Shown: positions 9,424 to 19,227 of the stretch, one piece after another
How positions within the stretch are numbered: position 1 is the stretch's first letter
Layout of the letters: each line of letters starts with the position of its first letter
Origin: Myxococcota bacterium
GTDB taxonomy: Bacteria > Myxococcota_A > UBA9160 > JAFDDA01
Length of the DNA: 64,000 nucleotides
Reading direction: 5' to 3'
NCBI GenBank assembly: GCA_965228475.1
Contig: OZ245817.1
Coordinates: 4,352,001 to 4,416,000 of the forward strand
Program-made: the position numbers and the translations under genes
Notes under the pieces: generated by a model
What the model was told of the DNA's origin: nothing
Seen by the model: only the letters and a program-made list of their open reading frames with translations
Databases searched by the model: none

Positions 9424-9906
9424 CTAGAGCCAGCGACGAACACGATTCTTGTACGACAGATAGGTTTCACCGAACTTCCGTTCGAGGTACGTCTCTTCGG
9501 GAAGAATGACGAACCGCTGGAGAAGCCACGCTGCAACCGGAGTGAGCACGAGGATCCACCAGTTCATGAGGACGACGGAGAACCCGATGCAGACGAGTAC
9601 CATCTGCAGGTACATCGGGTTTCGAGTCACGCGAAACGGGCCGCGCTCCTCGATGTGCGGTGTAGGCTTCCACGGATTCTCGCTCTGCCCACCCTGCCGA
9701 AACAGCACCACGGGCCACAGGCCTAGCACGAGAATCGCGCCGGCCACGATCGCTCCCCCGAGCCAGTAGCGTTCGGGGCTCGGGAAGCTGAAGCCCAGGT
9801 GGATGGGCCAGAGCCAGTTCAGACCGACGCCGAGCAGGATCGCCGCCAAGGGAATACCGGGCGGGAAGACGCGTACCGCAGCAGCATCGACGGGCTCCGA
9901 TGTCAT
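9424..9906 (-). CDS. Isoprenylcysteine carboxyl methyltransferase / PEMT family membrane protein
   Basis: GPFRVTRNPMY and EETYLERKFGETY...VRRWL motifs. Confidence 0.9.
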   Translation of the reverse strand: MTSEPVDAAAVRVFPPGIPLAAILLGVGLNWLWPIHLGFSFPSPERYWLGGAIVAGAILVLGLWPVVLFRQGGQSENPWKPTPHIEERGPFRVTRNPMYLQMVLVCIGFSVVLMNWWILVLTPVAAWLLQRFVILPEETYLERKFGETYLSYKNRVRRWL

Positions 9907-10042
9907 CCGGATCTGGCCCCCGTGTTCAGCAGCGCCGACGGCGCTGACGCTCAGCGCTGCACCGCCGAGACCGACGCCAGAATCCTACCACGCAACACTT
10001 GGGCACGAGCCTGTCGCGTCCGCTGTAGTGCTTCGCTAGGCG
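9907..10042 (-). repeat. Degenerate main-family attC
   Basis: The central body matches the main repeat; R'' reads GCCTAGC and R' is destroyed. Confidence 0.8.
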
Positions 10043-10467
10043 GCACGCTCTTCACGCGATGAGCCCACTAGCAAAGAGCCCGCGAGGCAGGACCCGCTCG
10101 TGAAGGCTGCACCAACGAGCTGCTCGAGGCGCTCGAAGAGCCCCGGCGGTTCCGCCCAGTAGACGGAGGTGAAGGCGAGGACGACGTAGAGCACCGCAGG
10201 CACGAGGACCCACCTCCTTGGGTGCGTAGACTCGACGAGGTATGCGGTGAGACCACCAACGCCGATTGCAATGACGGCCTCGGGAAGACCTAGGACGATC
10301 GGGGAGAGCAAGGCGAACGAGAGCTCACTCTTGTACGTGATGCCCTCGACGAGGCGAGCCCAAGGCATCGAAAGCCAGAACATGGCCCACCGCGAGAGAA
10401 GACACGCGCCGACACCGACAAGAACGTTCCTTGCATGGACGCGACTGACTACCACCGCGATGCCCAA
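10036..10467 (-). CDS. Cassette membrane protein
   Basis: Hydrophobic ORF filling the inter-attC space; the TTG start lies in the core GTTGGGC. Confidence 0.6.
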   Translation of the reverse strand: MGIAVVVSRVHARNVLVGVGACLLSRWAMFWLSMPWARLVEGITYKSELSFALLSPIVLGLPEAVIAIGVGGLTAYLVESTHPRRWVLVPAVLYVVLAFTSVYWAEPPGLFERLEQLVGAAFTSGSCLAGSLLVGSSREERAA

Positions 10468-10596
10468 CGGAATGGGCGCTCAGCTGCCACCAACACGCTG
10501 ACCGCCAGCGGCGCGGCAACCCCGTCCCAGTGCCGGAAGGCTACCAGACTTGGTTCGAACCCGGTGTTGGTGGTCAGCTGCAGCGCCTTGTTGGGC
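10462..10596 (-). repeat. attC, divergent family
   Basis: GCCCAAC aaggcgctgcagctg...cagctgagcgcccattcc GTTGGGC; arms are complementary and the interior differs from the main family. Confidence 0.9.
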
Positions 10597-10749
10597 AGCA
10601 TGCGCAACCACGGTCTCAGCCGATCGCACTTGAGAATGCGAGGCCCCACCGCCACGATTCAACGACGGCTTTGCGCCGTTGGCAGGCGCTCGACTTCAAG
10701 CATCTCGGCAAGTAGCTTGAGTGCGATGACCGAGCTCGGCAAGTCTCCG

Positions 10750-11268
10750 ATGGTTGGCAACCGCATTGTCGTTACCGGCATGGCCGGTGCAGGCAAGAGT
10801 ACTTTCTCGCGGACGCTGTCGACGAAGACTGGCCTTCCGGTCATCCATCTCGACCTCCATAGCTGGAATCCAGGCTGGCTTCGGGTGCCCCAGGGCGAGT
10901 TCCTCGAGAAACAACGAGTCCGGCTTGCTGGGGATCGGTGGATCGTCGACAGCAACGACGTCGATGACGACCTCCTGGTCGAGCGCGCAGACACACTCGT
11001 GATCCTCTCCACGCCTTGGTGGATCTGCTCGTGGCGGGCTTTCAGGCGCGGACTACGGAGACCTCGTGGTGCTCAACTGCCCGACGGTTGCGACGAATCG
11101 CTCTCGCAGCGGCTCCGAGATGAATGGGGAATCGTATGGCGCAACTGGCGGAACCGGAAGACAGTGCCCGAACGTGACCGTGCTCTTGCCTCGCACTGCC
11201 GTGGGTTCATGCAGGTCCACGTCTTGAGTTCGAAGCGAGAGGCGGCCGACTTCGCGGAATGTATCTGA
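10750..11268 (+). CDS. Adenylate-kinase-like P-loop protein (FlaR/topology modulation family), antisense to the array
   Basis: RIVVTGMAGAGKST, LPVIHLD, WIVD and ERADTLV motifs; start could also be ATG 10726. Confidence 0.85.
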   Translation: MVGNRIVVTGMAGAGKSTFSRTLSTKTGLPVIHLDLHSWNPGWLRVPQGEFLEKQRVRLAGDRWIVDSNDVDDDLLVERADTLVILSTPWWICSWRAFRRGLRRPRGAQLPDGCDESLSQRLRDEWGIVWRNWRNRKTVPERDRALASHCRGFMQVHVLSSKREAADFAECI

Positions 11269-11319
11269 GGGGCGGCGTTGGGCCGAGAACGGACGGGCGC
11301 AGAATGAACTCTCGATGCT

Positions 11320-11454
11320 GCCGAACGGATCAGGTCTTCAGCTGCGCCCAACAGCGCTGACCGCCAACGCCGGGGCACGACGTCCGCCGCCAGGATGGCA
11401 CCACGAAGCGATCGGAGCGAGCTGCTGGGCGTCCGGTTCAACCGCCTGTCAGGC
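11320..11454 (-). repeat. Degenerate attC
   Basis: Cores read GCCTGAC...GTTCGGC; the ggatcagg..ttcagc end is retained. Confidence 0.7.
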
Positions 11455-12207
11455 CGCCGGATCCGATGGCTCGCCCGCGGGAGTCGCATCCGGTGGCGAA
11501 ACAGTCAGAACGATCTTGCCGGACTCGGAGGCGGTTTGGAGAAGGCGCAGCTGGAAGAGGCCCGGGTTCTTGTCAAAGACTCGCGCCGCGTTTGCCAAGC
11601 TCCGAAGTGCGGCGGTCTCTCCGCGTGCTCGCTCGAGGCCCGCCTGCGCTTCCTGCCTGGCACGGGCGGTTTGCGAGAACGCCTCTTTGAGAGACCCCGG
11701 GAACATGATGTCCTTGATCGAAATCGATCGAAGTTCGAGACCCAGCGCCCTCGCCGAAGGTTCGACCTCGACTTGGAGCCTCGCAGAGAGGTCGGCGCGA
11801 GACTGGAGGATTTCTTCGATCGGCTTCTCGCCAATGGCGCCCCGAAGGGCCGCCTGTGCCTTGGCGTAGAGCGATTCCTCGTAGCTGGCAGATTCCAAGG
11901 TGGCTGCCTTCGGGTCCGAGACCCGAACTTCAAGGAGTAGACTCACTTTCAGTGAGACGCCATCCGACGACAGCAGTTCTTGGCCCGGAATCGTGATGAT
12001 CCGGGGCCGCGCCTCAAGGAGCTGTATGGAGGTCAGGGGCACGAAGGTCCAGTAGCTACCCGGGGAAAGGACCCCTGCGAACTTTCCTCGGACGAAGCGG
12101 ACCGCATGTTGGTACTCGAAGACGGTAATGCGGCGGATGACCATCGAGAAGCCCGCGAGAAAGATGGCGAGCAACAGCGCGAATCCGAGAAAGCTCCAGA
12201 AGGTCAT
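11449..12207 (-). CDS. Slipin / SPFH (band 7) family protein
   Basis: N-terminal TM helix, GQELLSSDGVSLKVS, IKDIMFPG and ARGETAALRSLANAAR; GAGGAG ribosome-binding site. Confidence 0.92.
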   Translation of the reverse strand: MTFWSFLGFALLLAIFLAGFSMVIRRITVFEYQHAVRFVRGKFAGVLSPGSYWTFVPLTSIQLLEARPRIITIPGQELLSSDGVSLKVSLLLEVRVSDPKAATLESASYEESLYAKAQAALRGAIGEKPIEEILQSRADLSARLQVEVEPSARALGLELRSISIKDIMFPGSLKEAFSQTARARQEAQAGLERARGETAALRSLANAARVFDKNPGLFQLRLLQTASESGKIVLTVSPPDATPAGEPSDPAA

Positions 12208-12235
12208 ACGTGAATCTCCTCGGACCGAGCCTCAA

Positions 12236-12416
12236 GGGGGCGCAGACTGGAGGCGGGAACCCGAAGCTCACAAGGCCCCCAAAACTGCTGCGTTGCCGCT
12301 GCCCCCCTGAGACCGGCTTTTGGGATTCGAACCCGAGGCTTTCGCCCACCCGAGGGAGGGCAATGCACGGAACGCGGCATGAGATTCATGATGCGCCGCT
12401 GCCGTCTCCCAGACGG
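12236..12416 (-). ncRNA. Candidate structured RNA or leader with a tRNA T-arm-like motif upstream of the slipin gene
   Basis: Hairpins CCGTC-tggga-GACGG, GCGGC..CATGA-atc-TCATGCCGC and GGC-GAAA-GCC; GGG-TTCGAAT-CCC at 12322-12334; long stem GGGGGGCAG...CTGCGCCCCC; TGGTATTAT at 12418-12426 just upstream. Confidence 0.55.
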
Positions 12417-12433
12417 GATAATACCAAGGAGTT

Positions 12434-12535
12434 CAGGGCGCTGACACTCAGCGCTGCACCGCCGTGATTGAGGCCAGGATCCTGCCACGACACTTCGGGA
12501 GAGCCCTTGGCGCCGGCTTCAAGGCCTTGGCTGAG
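12434..12535 (-). repeat. Truncated degenerate attC
   Basis: Main-family body gggcgctgacactcagcgctgcacc...aaggccttgg; the R'/L' end is missing. Confidence 0.75.
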
Positions 12536-12547
12536 CGGCGATGCAGC

Positions 12548-13063
12548 CTATCCGCGCGGAGCGTGCCGAGAGCGCTGCTGCGAGCCCAACCACCGCGCGA
12601 TCGCGGGTGCGTGGAAGGTGAGGACGTAGCCAATGAGGAGCTCAGCAACCGCCGAGACTCGATACGGCCATACAGTTGAGGGATCCGGATCTGGGCCGGG
12701 CTCTACGTTTCCCACGATCCAATCCGCCGAGAGGTACGCCAGATAGAGAAAGCCCGAGACGAAGTAGAACAAGCCGACGAGCGTCACGACGTTCTCGAGT
12801 GTGAGATAGCTCGACTCGTCGGAGCGCTCAGCCCTTGGCGGGCGCCCGAACAACGAAGCGGCAAGTGAGTACCGCCCGAAGATCAACGAGAACCCGATGC
12901 CAAGGGACGCGAGTAGCGGACCCAGGGTGACGAACAACCCGAACGCACCGATCGGCCCATGGACAACCTGCATGAAGAAGAAGCTCGCCAGGGAGATCGA
13001 CTTGTACAGAAGGAAGAAGCCACACAGGGAGATCGCGACGACACCGAGGTCATATCGATGCAA
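12548..13063 (-). CDS. Cassette membrane protein
   Basis: Four hydrophobic helices; GGAGGTGA ribosome-binding site. Confidence 0.7.
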   Translation of the reverse strand: MHRYDLGVVAISLCGFFLLYKSISLASFFFMQVVHGPIGAFGLFVTLGPLLASLGIGFSLIFGRYSLAASLFGRPPRAERSDESSYLTLENVVTLVGLFYFVSGFLYLAYLSADWIVGNVEPGPDPDPSTVWPYRVSAVAELLIGYVLTFHAPAIARWLGSQQRSRHAPRG

Positions 13064-13209
13064 GTCACCTCCTCACCTTCGCCGCCCAACGGATCAGGCC
13101 TTCAGCAGCGCCGAGGGGCTGACACTCAGCGCTGCACCACCACGACCGACGCCAGGATCCTACCACGGCACTTTGTACCCGAGCCGATGGCGGCCGCTGC
13201 AAGGCCCTA

Positions 13210-13668
13210 CTAGACAGCCGGCCAACCAACCGGCCACTCCTCTATGTCTCGGAGCTCTGATGTGTAGGCAGCCTCGTTCGTCGCGACCTTGCTCTGGCAG
13301 TGAATCGCGCAGCGATGCATGGTATCGGTTCGGACTGACCGTCCGTCATTGAAGTACTGCTCGTTCGTCGTCCGATCCTGCCATCGAATCTCGCTAAACG
13401 AGAGCCTCGCCTCTAACGAGGCCTGAGTAAGGGCAGCTATCGGGATTCGGTTTGCCTCGAGATCCTCGAGAAGCCACAAGCGAAGCTCCTCCGCGATGGA
13501 GAGCTTAGGAATTGACCTACCCTCGAACGCACAGCTCCCAGACAGCACGTCCACCCGGATCGTGCCCGAGCCCAGCTCGACGAGTCGAGGCTTGGAACTG
13601 ATGAGACGCCAGCCACAGAACATGTGGCAGATGGTGTCTGCAGTGTGTTGGAGTCGTTTCCTTCGCAT
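13210..13668 (-). CDS. Cassette hypothetical protein
   Basis: ORF fills the cassette; ICHMFCGWRL; stop falls at the attC edge. Confidence 0.7.
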   Translation of the reverse strand: MRRKRLQHTADTICHMFCGWRLISSKPRLVELGSGTIRVDVLSGSCAFEGRSIPKLSIAEELRLWLLEDLEANRIPIAALTQASLEARLSFSEIRWQDRTTNEQYFNDGRSVRTDTMHRCAIHCQSKVATNEAAYTSELRDIEEWPVGWPAV

Positions 13669-13684
13669 CGGGTCTCGCCCGGCG

Positions 13685-13814
13685 GCCTAACGGATACGGC
13701 GCTCAGCTGCAGCCACGGCCATGAAGTTCAGCGGAGTGCCTAAGTGGAACCCAAATAGTACCAGGGTCCGATTGGACGGAGCTATTGGCTGTCAGCTACA
13801 GCACCTTGTTGGGC
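13685..13814 (-). repeat. attC, divergent family
   Basis: GCCCAAC aaggtgctgtagctgacagcc...ggctgcagctgagcgccgtatcc GTTAGGC. Confidence 0.9.
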
Positions 13815-13821
13815 GGCCGCT

Positions 13822-14313
13822 TTACTTGGGCGGATGAAAGCCAACCCGCCGCGCTACGGATCGAGGGCTTCGGAACAGAAAGATACCGATCGCGATGCCC
13901 ACCACCCCGGAGACCAGAGATCTGACGGATACAGCGGTCATATACCCGTGAAGATCGCTGGAGAGGACATTCATTAGGAGCGAAACGATGCCGACTGCGA
14001 GTGATATTCCAGAAGACACGAGTAGCCAGAGCCCTGCAATCGCAATGCCCGCGACGACCAGGGACTCCGTAGAGAGCTCCCCAGGGCCGGCGCTGGGAAA
14101 AGCACGGCGTGCTAGCTGCTCGTTCCTGACGACCAGATAGAGTCCAGGCACTGCCACGACAATCGCAACTACGACTGACCCACCGATCTGGAAGAAGAGC
14201 ATTTCGGAGTTCGAGCTTGTGTACTGGAACGCAGAACTGAGCGCAGAGAACACTCCCGACAAGGTGACATGCAGACCCACAAGAATGAAGCCGAGTCTCG
14301 CAGTATCGAACAC
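13822..14313 (-). CDS. Cassette membrane protein
   Basis: Four hydrophobic helices; architecture resembles 12548-13063. Confidence 0.7.
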   Translation of the reverse strand: MFDTARLGFILVGLHVTLSGVFSALSSAFQYTSSNSEMLFFQIGGSVVVAIVVAVPGLYLVVRNEQLARRAFPSAGPGELSTESLVVAGIAIAGLWLLVSSGISLAVGIVSLLMNVLSSDLHGYMTAVSVRSLVSGVVGIAIGIFLFRSPRSVARRVGFHPPK

Positions 14314-14474
14314 CGAGCCGCCTAACGGATCAGGCCTTCAGCGGCGCCGAGGGCGCTGACTCTCAACGCCGCACTACCGAGACCGACGCCAGAATCCTAC
14401 CACGCAGCGATTGGGCAGACGCCCTTGGCGTCTGCTGCAAGGCCTTGTTAGGCGGCGGATGGGCCAAGCAACGA

Positions 14475-15029
14475 TCACGACAGGTCTGGCATTCCGGCGG
14501 CGATGTTCCAAGCGGCGATCGCAGCTCCTGCCAGCAGCAGAACCGCATGCGTACCCGAGTGAGGCGAAGCTGCGAGAACGAGAGCTCCCCCCGCCGTGAC
14601 AGCGCTGGGAAGGTTCTTGGTCACGAGCAGCGGGTCGCCGAAGGCCAGAGACGGCCCAACCATCGATGTAGTTGCGCTGGCGGCGACGATGCCAAAGAGA
14701 ACACGGTGTCGGTCGAAGTAGTGACTTCGGAGGTCCGTGCCACCAGGCGGAGGAAAAGCGAGGTGTGCAAGGACGTAGAGCAAAACGGGACTCGCCAGGA
14801 TGAGGAGCAGCTGGCCAAAACCCCAGACCGCATGCGAACGAAGCTCCCACGCGTGCCACCAGACCTGGATCAATGTCAGGAGTATCAGGCTCGCGAGGAG
14901 CAGCGGCTGCCAAGCGGCTACCGTTACCTGCCGTTCCAGCACCGCATGGGAGAGTCCGGACAGGATCTTGGCCACGCCTAGGCCGACGACGATCGACTCC
15001 AGGACCATGATGAACTCGAAGAGCGACAC
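14475..15029 (-). CDS. Cassette membrane protein
   Basis: FEFIMVLESIVVGLGVAKIL and DLRSHYF; fills the cassette. Confidence 0.75.
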   Translation of the reverse strand: MSLFEFIMVLESIVVGLGVAKILSGLSHAVLERQVTVAAWQPLLLASLILLTLIQVWWHAWELRSHAVWGFGQLLLILASPVLLYVLAHLAFPPPGGTDLRSHYFDRHRVLFGIVAASATTSMVGPSLAFGDPLLVTKNLPSAVTAGGALVLAASPHSGTHAVLLLAGAAIAAWNIAAGMPDLS

Positions 15030-15165
15030 AGCTCCGCCGCCTAACGGATCAGGCCTTCAGCGGCGCCGAGGGCGCTGACAATCAGCGCTGCACCACTGCG
15101 GCCGACGCCAGAATCCTACCACGCCACTTTGGGCCCGAGCCCTTGGCGTCCACTGTAAGGCCTTG

Positions 15166-15612
15166 TTAGGCGGCTGCCCCCCGAAGTTCAAAGAAAGCCA
15201 AGACCGCAATGAATGCCAGAATGCCTCTCCCAAAGGCGAGGTATGCGGCCGCTGACAAAGCGACAAGCCAAGGCGGCGGCTCCTCTCCCGACTCGCCGAA
15301 TCCTGAGGCGAACCCTTCGGCGAAGTCGCGGGCGGGCCGCAGCCCTGTGTAGATGAGCGATACGGCAAGCGGGATCCCCGCCCAGGCGCGCCCCGCGCAG
15401 AGCAGTAGGGCGAGCCCGGCGTGGAGAATGAACCTTGCAGCGATTCCGAACTTCACGCCCATTGCTCGGCCTCGAGCACGGGGCGAATCGTCCTCGGGTT
15501 GGACCAATGGGAGCGCCGTGAGCCCCGGCGCCTCGACCAACGCGACAACGAGAAAGAGAGCAACGAGCCACAGCGGCGCGCCCCAGATCTCCCACCCGAT
15601 GGTTTCGGTCAC
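15166..15612 (-). CDS. Cassette membrane protein
   Basis: Hydrophobic; the stop is the TAA of R'' GCCTAAC. Confidence 0.7.
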   Translation of the reverse strand: MTETIGWEIWGAPLWLVALFLVVALVEAPGLTALPLVQPEDDSPRARGRAMGVKFGIAARFILHAGLALLLCAGRAWAGIPLAVSLIYTGLRPARDFAEGFASGFGESGEEPPPWLVALSAAAYLAFGRGILAFIAVLAFFELRGAAA

Positions 15613-15746
15613 CGAGGCCGCCTAACGGATCAGGCCTTCAGCGGCGCCAAGGGCGCTGACTCTCAGCGCTGCACCACCGCGGCCGACGCCAGAATCCTAC
15701 CACGGCACTTTGAGCCCGAGCCCTTGGCGTCCGCTGCAAGGCCTTG

Positions 15747-16148
15747 TTAGGCGGCTGGCTGGGCTGAGGCTCTCGCAGCCAATAGACGAGAAATCGTTGC
15801 AGCTACCGGAGCGACTGCGGAGGCAAGGAGCGCCCAGTGAGACAACGTAAGGTCACTTGGGCCGAGCAACCCAAGGTTGGAAGTGAATATCGGAATGTCC
15901 CGGATCGCTACGAGAACAAATACGACAATGAATGCCGCAAACAACAGGCGCCCATCTGAGCGAGCAATTGCCACACTCAGGCTCAGCTGGATACAAACAG
16001 ATACGACCGAGATTCCGACGATGAGGTCTGGAAATCCGAGAGCGCGAAAGGAGAGCACTCGGCAGAACTCGTTCGCAGCTGCCAGCGCACCCGCAGCGGA
16101 TGCAACGAGCCGCACCTTGTGACCGTAGTTGTGCCCCGCGGTGCTCAC
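15747..16148 (-). CDS. Cassette membrane protein
   Basis: Hydrophobic; stop lies in R''. Confidence 0.6.
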   Translation of the reverse strand: MSTAGHNYGHKVRLVASAAGALAAANEFCRVLSFRALGFPDLIVGISVVSVCIQLSLSVAIARSDGRLLFAAFIVVFVLVAIRDIPIFTSNLGLLGPSDLTLSHWALLASAVAPVAATISRLLAARASAQPAA

Positions 16149-16297
16149 GGCAAAGCTGCCTAACGGATCAGGCCTTCAGCAGCGCCGAGGGCGCTGACTC
16201 TCAACGCCGCGCCACCGAGACCGACGCCAGAATCCTACCACGCAGCAATTGGGCACGAGCCCTTGGCGTCTGCTGTAAGGCCTTGTTAGGCGGCTGG

Positions 16298-16645
16298 CTA
16301 GCTGGAAGGAAACCGTAGTTGCGAGAAAGCTCGTTCTTGGAATACCAAAACGAGACTCCGAGCGAACTGGAGCGCTTGGTGCTCTACAGCGCTCCGATCA
16401 AGCAAGTCGAGCTCCTGCTTTAGTTCGGAGACGAGGACGCGACTCGGCCTACCCAACTCGCTGAGGCTGGCATCCAGCCGCACCGAGAGAGTGTCTAGCC
16501 GGGCGGGAGTTGGGCCACCCGGATCGACTACGAGATGAGCGGATAGATGGGCCAGAGATTTGAGTAAGGCGCGGACCTTCGCGTTGAACTCAAGCTGTCT
16601 CAGTTCGGCAAGAGTCCTGGGTGGGAACCTCCTGAAGTCACACAC
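16298..16645 (-). CDS. Cassette hypothetical protein
   Basis: Only ORF spanning the cassette. Confidence 0.5.
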   Translation of the reverse strand: MCDFRRFPPRTLAELRQLEFNAKVRALLKSLAHLSAHLVVDPGGPTPARLDTLSVRLDASLSELGRPSRVLVSELKQELDLLDRSAVEHQALQFARSLVLVFQERAFSQLRFPSS

Positions 16646-16788
16646 CGAGTTGCCGCCTAACGGATCAGGCCTTCAGCAGCGCCGAGGGCGCTGAACCTCA
16701 ACGCCGCACTACCGAGACCGACGCCAGAATCCTACCACGCTGCCTTTGGGCAGACGCCCTTGGCGTCTGCTGCAAGGCCTTGTTAGGC

Positions 16789-17146
16789 GGCGGCTAACGT
16801 TCTCACTGCAAGAGGCGCGACGAAATAGGATTCTTGAACACGAAGCCGAGTGAGCCACCCGACCAGGGCTCAAACGAACACGACGTAGCGCGACGTAGGA
16901 CCCTCAGAGCCCGATGCCGCGCCCAGCCGAAGGAGCCGCAGCGAAGCCAGGCACCCCGAAGCCTGCCCCCCGAGGAGCCGGAGTGATTGCCTGCCGGAAC
17001 CGGTGCACGCCACCGAGCCGTGGAGCCGAGAACCCTGGAACGAGCCCGGCTCGAGGTAGCGCCTCACCATGAGCTCGCTGAAACCAGAAAGAAGAACGCT
17101 TCGGAAAGGCGAGCTGCACCTGGCTGAGGAAACCTGCAGGCAAGCC
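16789..17146 (-). other. ORF-less cassette, family A copy 1
   Basis: Only short low-complexity ORFs; near-identical to 22306-22663. Confidence 0.8.
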
Positions 17147-17297
17147 GCCTAACGGATCAGGCCTTCAGCGGCGCCAAGGGCGCTGACACTCAGCGCTGCG
17201 CCACCGTGGCCGACGCCAGAATCCTACCACGCCGCATTTGGGCAGGAGCCCTTGGCGTCCGCTGCAAGGCCTTGTTGGGCGGCGGGCTACCGCGAAG

Positions 17298-17543
17298 CTA
17301 GCCGCGGGGAGAACCAGTTGCAGCAGCTAGACGATCTCGCGCAGCTGCCAGAAGGTCTTGGTACTCGGGCTGGAGGGGTTGCACGAGGAGGCGTTCAAAC
17401 GCTGCGCAGAGATTCCAGAGCGCAGCTCTCTCTGCACCGTGCTCTACGGTGAGCGCGTCCTGCTCTGTGAACCTCGATACGAACTCGAAGAGGACCAGCG
17501 CTTCATCCTCGGTGAATCGGATCTCGACTTCACCCTGGGACAT
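17298..17543 (-). CDS. Cassette small hypothetical protein
   Basis: FTEDEALVLFEFVSRF...ERAALWNL; fills the cassette and has a ribosome-binding site. Confidence 0.75.
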   Translation of the reverse strand: MSQGEVEIRFTEDEALVLFEFVSRFTEQDALTVEHGAERAALWNLCAAFERLLVQPLQPEYQDLLAAARDRLAAATGSPRG

Positions 17544-17697
17544 GATTTTCCCTTCGCGCCGCCGCCCAACGGATCAGGCCTTCAGCAGCGCCGAGGGCGC
17601 TGACTCTCAACGCCGCACCACCGAGACCGACGCCAGAATCCTACCACGCAGCGTTTGGGCATGAGACCTTGGCGTCTGCTGGAAGGCCTTGTTAGGC

Positions 17698-18026
17698 GGC
17701 GGCTAACGTTCTCACTGCAAAGAGGCGCTGGATGCGCCTACACAATGACGCGCCGCTAACGGCTGCGACCTATCGTGACGCAACTCCCGCGCGCTTTGAC
17801 TGCCCACCCGAAGAAACCGGACCGACGCCAGACACCCCGGAGGTCGCCCCCGAGGAGCCGGCGTGATTGCCGGCCGGAACCGGTGCACGCTACCGAGCTG
17901 TGCAGCCGAGAACCCTGGAACGAGTTCGGCTCGAGGCAGCGCCTCACCATGGGCTCGCTGAAACCAGAAAGAAGAACGCTTCAGAAAGGCAAGCAGTAAC
18001 TGGCCGAGGGAACTTGCGGGCAAGCC
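17698..18026 (-). other. ORF-less cassette, family A diverged variant
   Basis: Shares both termini and the block ccccgaggagccgg...ctgaaaccagaaagaagaacgcttc with family A; reading frames are not conserved. Confidence 0.8.
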
Positions 18027-18168
18027 GCCTAACGGATCAGGCCTTCAGCAGCGCCGAGGGCGCTGGCTCTCAACGCTGCGCTACCGAGGCCGACGCCAGA
18101 ATCCTACCACGCAGCAATTGGGCACGAGCCCTTGGCGTCTGCTGGAAGGCCTTGTTAGGCGGCGGGCT

Positions 18169-18675
18169 CTAGCGGTTCTTGTCTTGGTTTTGATGGTTGA
18201 GGCTGCGAACGCCTGCCCGCGCGATTCCTCTCGCTACAGGCCCGCCACGTTGCTCAAGGTCTCGAAACGCGGCCCTGGCCACAACCTCATCAGGGGGCCC
18301 AGCGAAAGTCACTCTGAGCTCCGAATCCTCAGGAATATCGAACTCACCGAGGGCCGACTTGGCAGCATCGAGGACGGGCTCGAGACGCGCCATGGTTATG
18401 GACTCGAGCTTCTTCTTCTTGGGCGGGCTGGTGTGTGACTCTACGACTAGGTCAAAGACACCGTGAGAGACTCGCTCTCGCCGGAAGGAAAGAACATGCC
18501 GCCTCCGTGAATAGACTTGCATGTTCATACAATGAGACTGCTCGCTCAGAAGAGTCTCGAAGAAGACTCCCAGAGAGTCGGGACCCTCACATCGATGGCG
18601 AATAGGTTTGCCCAGCCACCACCACGTGATGGCGGCCATCAAGAAGACAGCTCCAATTGAGGCGAGCCACGTCAT
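18169..18675 (-). CDS. Cassette protein with N-terminal TM anchor
   Basis: ATG 8 nt after the core; fills the cassette. Confidence 0.65.
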   Translation of the reverse strand: MTWLASIGAVFLMAAITWWWLGKPIRHRCEGPDSLGVFFETLLSEQSHCMNMQVYSRRRHVLSFRRERVSHGVFDLVVESHTSPPKKKKLESITMARLEPVLDAAKSALGEFDIPEDSELRVTFAGPPDEVVARAAFRDLEQRGGPVARGIARAGVRSLNHQNQDKNR

Positions 18676-18823
18676 TCACGCCGCCTAACGGATCAGGCCT
18701 TCAGCAGCGCCAAGGGCGCTGACCTTCAACGCCGCACTACCGAGACCGACGCCAGAATCCTACCACGCAACATTTGGGCACGAGCCCTTGGCGTCTGCTG
18801 ATAGGCCTTGTTAGGCGGCGCGG

Positions 18824-19227
18824 CTATGACCATGAGCCAAACCAAGCCTTGTGAAACTCGAATTGCTCGGCGACCGTGCCTGGTACAACGTCAGGTCCGG
18901 TCTCGAAGATGTCCTTAGACACTCCGCCCGGCTCACCCATAGTGTTGACGTAGGCCTTCAGACCTCTCCCCATGTCGCGGGACATCGCCGAAGGCCAGAC
19001 GTTCTTGGCAGCTCCATAGCAGAGCAGTCTGTGCCCGGACGTTTCGATCGGCCTGCGAGCCCGTTGCAAGGACGCAAAGAAGTCTGACTCTGAGCCGCAC
19101 CGGTGATCTCACCGAAGCGAATGACAACGTTGCATGCAAAGCCAGCGGACCACCACTCCAGCCGAGCGCTCCCGGCGGATGAGTCGGCGCAGAGTACCGG
19201 CACCGTGGTGCGCTTTCGTTCACTCAC
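18824..19227 (-). pseudogene. Frameshifted cassette gene
   Basis: The N-half MSERKRTT...GEITGAA and the C-half ESDFFASLQRARR...CYGAAKNVWPSAMSRDMGRGLKAY are in different frames, joinable by a 1-nt indel near 19093. Confidence 0.65.

Noticed and set aside
12300..12380. A true tRNA gene or tRNA integration site
   Set aside because: Only a T-loop with a short stem is present, with no acceptor stem or anticodon arm; it is kept only as a tRNA-like motif.
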